A stretch of DNA of 64,000 nt from Ginglymostoma cirratum (taxonomy: Eukaryota), in NCBI GenBank assembly GCA_024137785.1, contig JAHRHZ010000002.1, positions 5,928,008 through 5,992,007 on the forward strand, written 5' to 3'. The translations under genes and the position numbers were made by a program. This document shows positions 61,021-64,000 of the stretch, piece after piece; the first letter of the stretch is position 1; the number at the start of each line of letters is the position of its first letter. Under the pieces are notes generated by a model. That model had not been told where the DNA came from. It saw nothing but the letters and a program-made list of their open reading frames with translations, and made no database searches.

Positions 61021-63920
61021 TACCAAACACCACAACTAGTAAAAACGATCACCCAAACACTGAAGAGACTAAAAAATGCAGGAGAAAAAACCAAGACAGA
61101 CTACATGAAAATGAAACCATAAGGCTCGAACAGCACCCATTTCTACGGATGACCCAAAGTACACAAACCAGATATGCCTCTCAGACCCATTGTCTCCCGA
61201 CCACGCAAATCTACACACAAACTGGCCAAGGACCTACAACAGAGATTGAAACACCTGATTAACAGATTACCCCACTCCATCCACTTAAAAGTAGGTATTC
61301 CTTAACAAGCTCAAGAACATTAAAATCAACCATGATAAGATTATGGTATCCTTTGACATCACAGCGCTATCCACATCCATTAACATACCAATAGACAAAA
61401 AAGTAATCGCCACATTACTGGAAACCGCAGAAAAAGTGATTCCAAACAGGTCCATCAGCAAGGACAACATACTCACTCTTCTGGACCTATGCCTCACCAC
61501 ACACTTCATATTTAATGGCCAAATATACAAACAAATCAATGACACACATATGGGGTCACTCAACTCAGGACTTATTGTAGAGACAATCATGCAAAGACTG
61601 GAACACACTACCCTCCCCCTCAGGCAGCCAAAACTTTGGATCAAAAATGTGGATGACACATTTTTCATCATTAAATGCACCGAGTTAGAAGAAACTCACC
61701 ATCTCATCAACAATGTTTTCACTGGGATCAAGTTTACAAGAGAAGCGGAAGACAACAATCAACTTCCATTCCTAGATGTTTATTTCAGTGGCAGGAGTCA
61801 TCAGAGCATGAGCCAGGGGCAGCCAGGAAGGTAAATTTGTGTAGAAAATACTTGCCTCATGAATAGACAGAGGAAAGGCTGAGCAGGAGCAAATGCAGAC
61901 ATGGGGACTGCTGGGTAAATGAACTAATATACTCGGGCAGTGGCTAAACCCGAAACACTATACGTGTAGTATCACCCACTCATCCACCACCTCTAACGAA
62001 ATAGAACGACTCTGTGTGAAGGGTCAGTAAGGCGATGGTTTCTCTTCTTTTTTTCCCTCTTCTCTTTATTTCTTTTGGCAATTTAGAGCAGAGCGCATGG
62101 AAGCTAGGGCAGTTGCATGCTCCTCTTGTAGGATGTGGGAGGTAAGGGTCACTGCTGGTGTCCCCTCTGACTTCACCAGCGAGAAGTGCACCCAACTCCA
62201 GCTCCTCACAGACTGTGTTAGGGAACTGGAGCTGGAGCTGGATGAACTCTGGATCATTTGGGAGGCTGAGGGGGTGAGTGAAAGGAGTTATAGGGAGGTA
62301 CTCACACCTAAGTTACAGGATAAAAGTAGGTGGGTGACCATTAGGAAAGGGAAAGGGAATAGGCAGACAGTGCAGGAATCCCCTGTGGCTAATCCCCACA
62401 ATAATAAGTATACCACTTTAGATATGGTTGGGGGGTCGTGCTACCAGGGGAATGCCATTGTGGCTAGGTCTCTGGCACTGAGCTTGGCTCTGTGGCTCAG
62501 AAGGGAATGGAGGAGAATAGGAGAGTGATAGTGATAGGAGATTCAATGGTTCGGGGAACAGACAGGAGATTCTGTGGTCACCAATGAGACTCCTGGATGG
62601 CATGTTTTCTCCCAGGTGCCAGGGTCAGGGATGTCTTGGATCGACTCTACAGGATTCATAAGGGCGAGTGTGAGCAACCAGGAGTCATGGTACAAAGAGA
62701 GTGGTGGATGCGTGGAATGCATTGCCAGCAGTGGTGGTAGAGGCAGATACATTGGGGCATTTAAGCAACTCTTGGATAGGCACATCGATGATAGTAATGT
62801 GAAAGGTATGTGGGTTAGTTTGGTCTTAGAATTGGATAATAGGACGGCACAACATCGTGGGCTGAAGTGCCTGTACTGCGCTGTACTGTTCTATGTTCTA
62901 TGATCTATATCAGGGTAGAACGAATGACCAGAGGAGAGTTCCAAACCACAGTATGCAGGACGGCAACCTACAGTGACCAAATCCTGAATTTCCACAGCAA
63001 TCAGCTCAATATCCACAAACAAAGTTCTGTTAGGATAGTATTCAAATGAGCCACAACACACTGCAATATGACAGAACTACACAAGAAGGAGGAAGAGCAC
63101 CTATACAAGGTACTTATTAACAATGGATATTCCAATAACTTCAGCTGCAGGTGCCTACTAGACAGAGAATGCCAAGGGGATACAGTAGGCCCCAAGACAC
63201 TGGCCACACTACTCTATATCAAGAACATATCAGAACTGACGAGACTCCTACTACCACTTGGAATCACGGTAGTACACAGACCCACAGCCACACTATGACA
63301 AACAATCACAAGGACCAAAGACTCCATACCCATGACATGCAAGACCAACAAAATACCTTGCAATGATTGCAACAAACGTTACATTTCCCTGACCAGAAGG
63401 AAACTAGCCATCAAGGTACACGAACACAGCTATCCGTAAAGTGACATGATGAGCTTTCCCTCATCTCAGTGCACTCTATAAAGGGCATTAATTTAACTGG
63501 GATAACTGATCTTCCTAGCTCCAGCAACCACTCACAGCATGGGAATTCCTCCAGGCCTGGTTTTCAACCAGTTATGGAATCGATAACCATGTGGAATTAG
63601 ACCCCATATCCAGGATGCTAGGATGATGCCTGGAGCGGAGGACAGGTCTTATGAGGAAAGATTGAAGAAGCTAGGGCTTTTCTCATTGGAGCGAAGAAGG
63701 ATGGCTTTTGCTCCTCACATAAGTATATGACACATCCCAATTTAACAGACCAATTACATAACTTCCAAGTGGAGTAGATCAACATGGCTTCATTGAGGCC
63801 TCGCTGATAACGTTACCTAATATGGGGACTAAACGTCTGTGGGATAACCAGCCAGTTCGGCGAGCAAGCAAACATCCTCGTCCACAACCCGAAGCTACAA
63901 ATCTACGTAAGAGCTTTAAA
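61021..63920 (+). mobile_element. Penelope family B direct copy (RT, GIY-YIG, terminal repeat), interrupted by CR1 pieces
   Basis: MVSFDITALSTSI...HMGSLNSGL...WIKNVDDTF...LPFLDV. Resumes at ~62910 with RVERMTRGEFQTTVCR; terminal repeat ~63740-63920. Confidence 0.85.
61785..62905 (+). mobile_element. Internally deleted CR1 (5'UTR and ORF1 joined to the 3' tail)
   Basis: MEARAVACSSCRMWEV...EKCTQLQLL; gtgataggagattcaatgg (VIGDS); then jumps to a CR1 3'UTR ending ctatgttctatg. Confidence 0.8.
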
Positions 63921-64000
63921 CCTCCAATGTTGTGAAGATGAGCAACTTAGAGCAAACCAGGCTCTAGACACAAGCTTTTGCAAATGAAAATGTGAATTAA

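Noticed and set aside
1-64000. CRISPR arrays or prokaryotic defence systems
   Set aside because: Eukaryotic intron-exon DNA; no regularly spaced repeat-spacer array or operon-like gene cluster.

Overview
Repeat-rich vertebrate genomic DNA, almost certainly from a cartilaginous fish (HE1-type tRNA SINEs, shark-type CR1 LINEs, Penelope-like elements, GPR139-like GPCR). I reconstructed three host genes by hand from splice sites and reading phase. (1) The 3' three exons of a TRIM/B30.2 (PRY-SPRY) gene (+, 1829-5656), with an unusual ~60-residue Asp/Glu tract in the linker exon and a very acidic, loop-shortened B30.2 domain. (2) An apparently complete six-exon, ~332-aa non-classical MHC class I heavy-chain gene (+, 27887-56618). 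It has lost 3 of the 8 classical peptide-anchoring residues, carries extra cysteines, and is predicted to end in a short CD1-like tail with a YxxPhi motif (RRQRGYSVI*). (3) The main exon of a convergent GPR139/GPR142-like class A GPCR (-, 57571-58460), whose first exon I could not find. The rest is mostly transposon sequence: a near-full-length CR1 (zinc-finger/esterase ORF1, APE-RT ORF2), many CR1 fragments, SINEs, Harbinger Myb/SANT relics, a Gypsy gag relic and at least three Penelope-like families. The Penelope termini carry minimal hammerhead-ribozyme cores and repeatedly form palindromic mini-elements, several with 12-17 bp target-site duplications. A 100-N gap at 54049-54148 has duplicated flanks and is probably an assembly artefact. 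All calls come from reading the sequence; no database search was run, and repeat boundaries are approximate.
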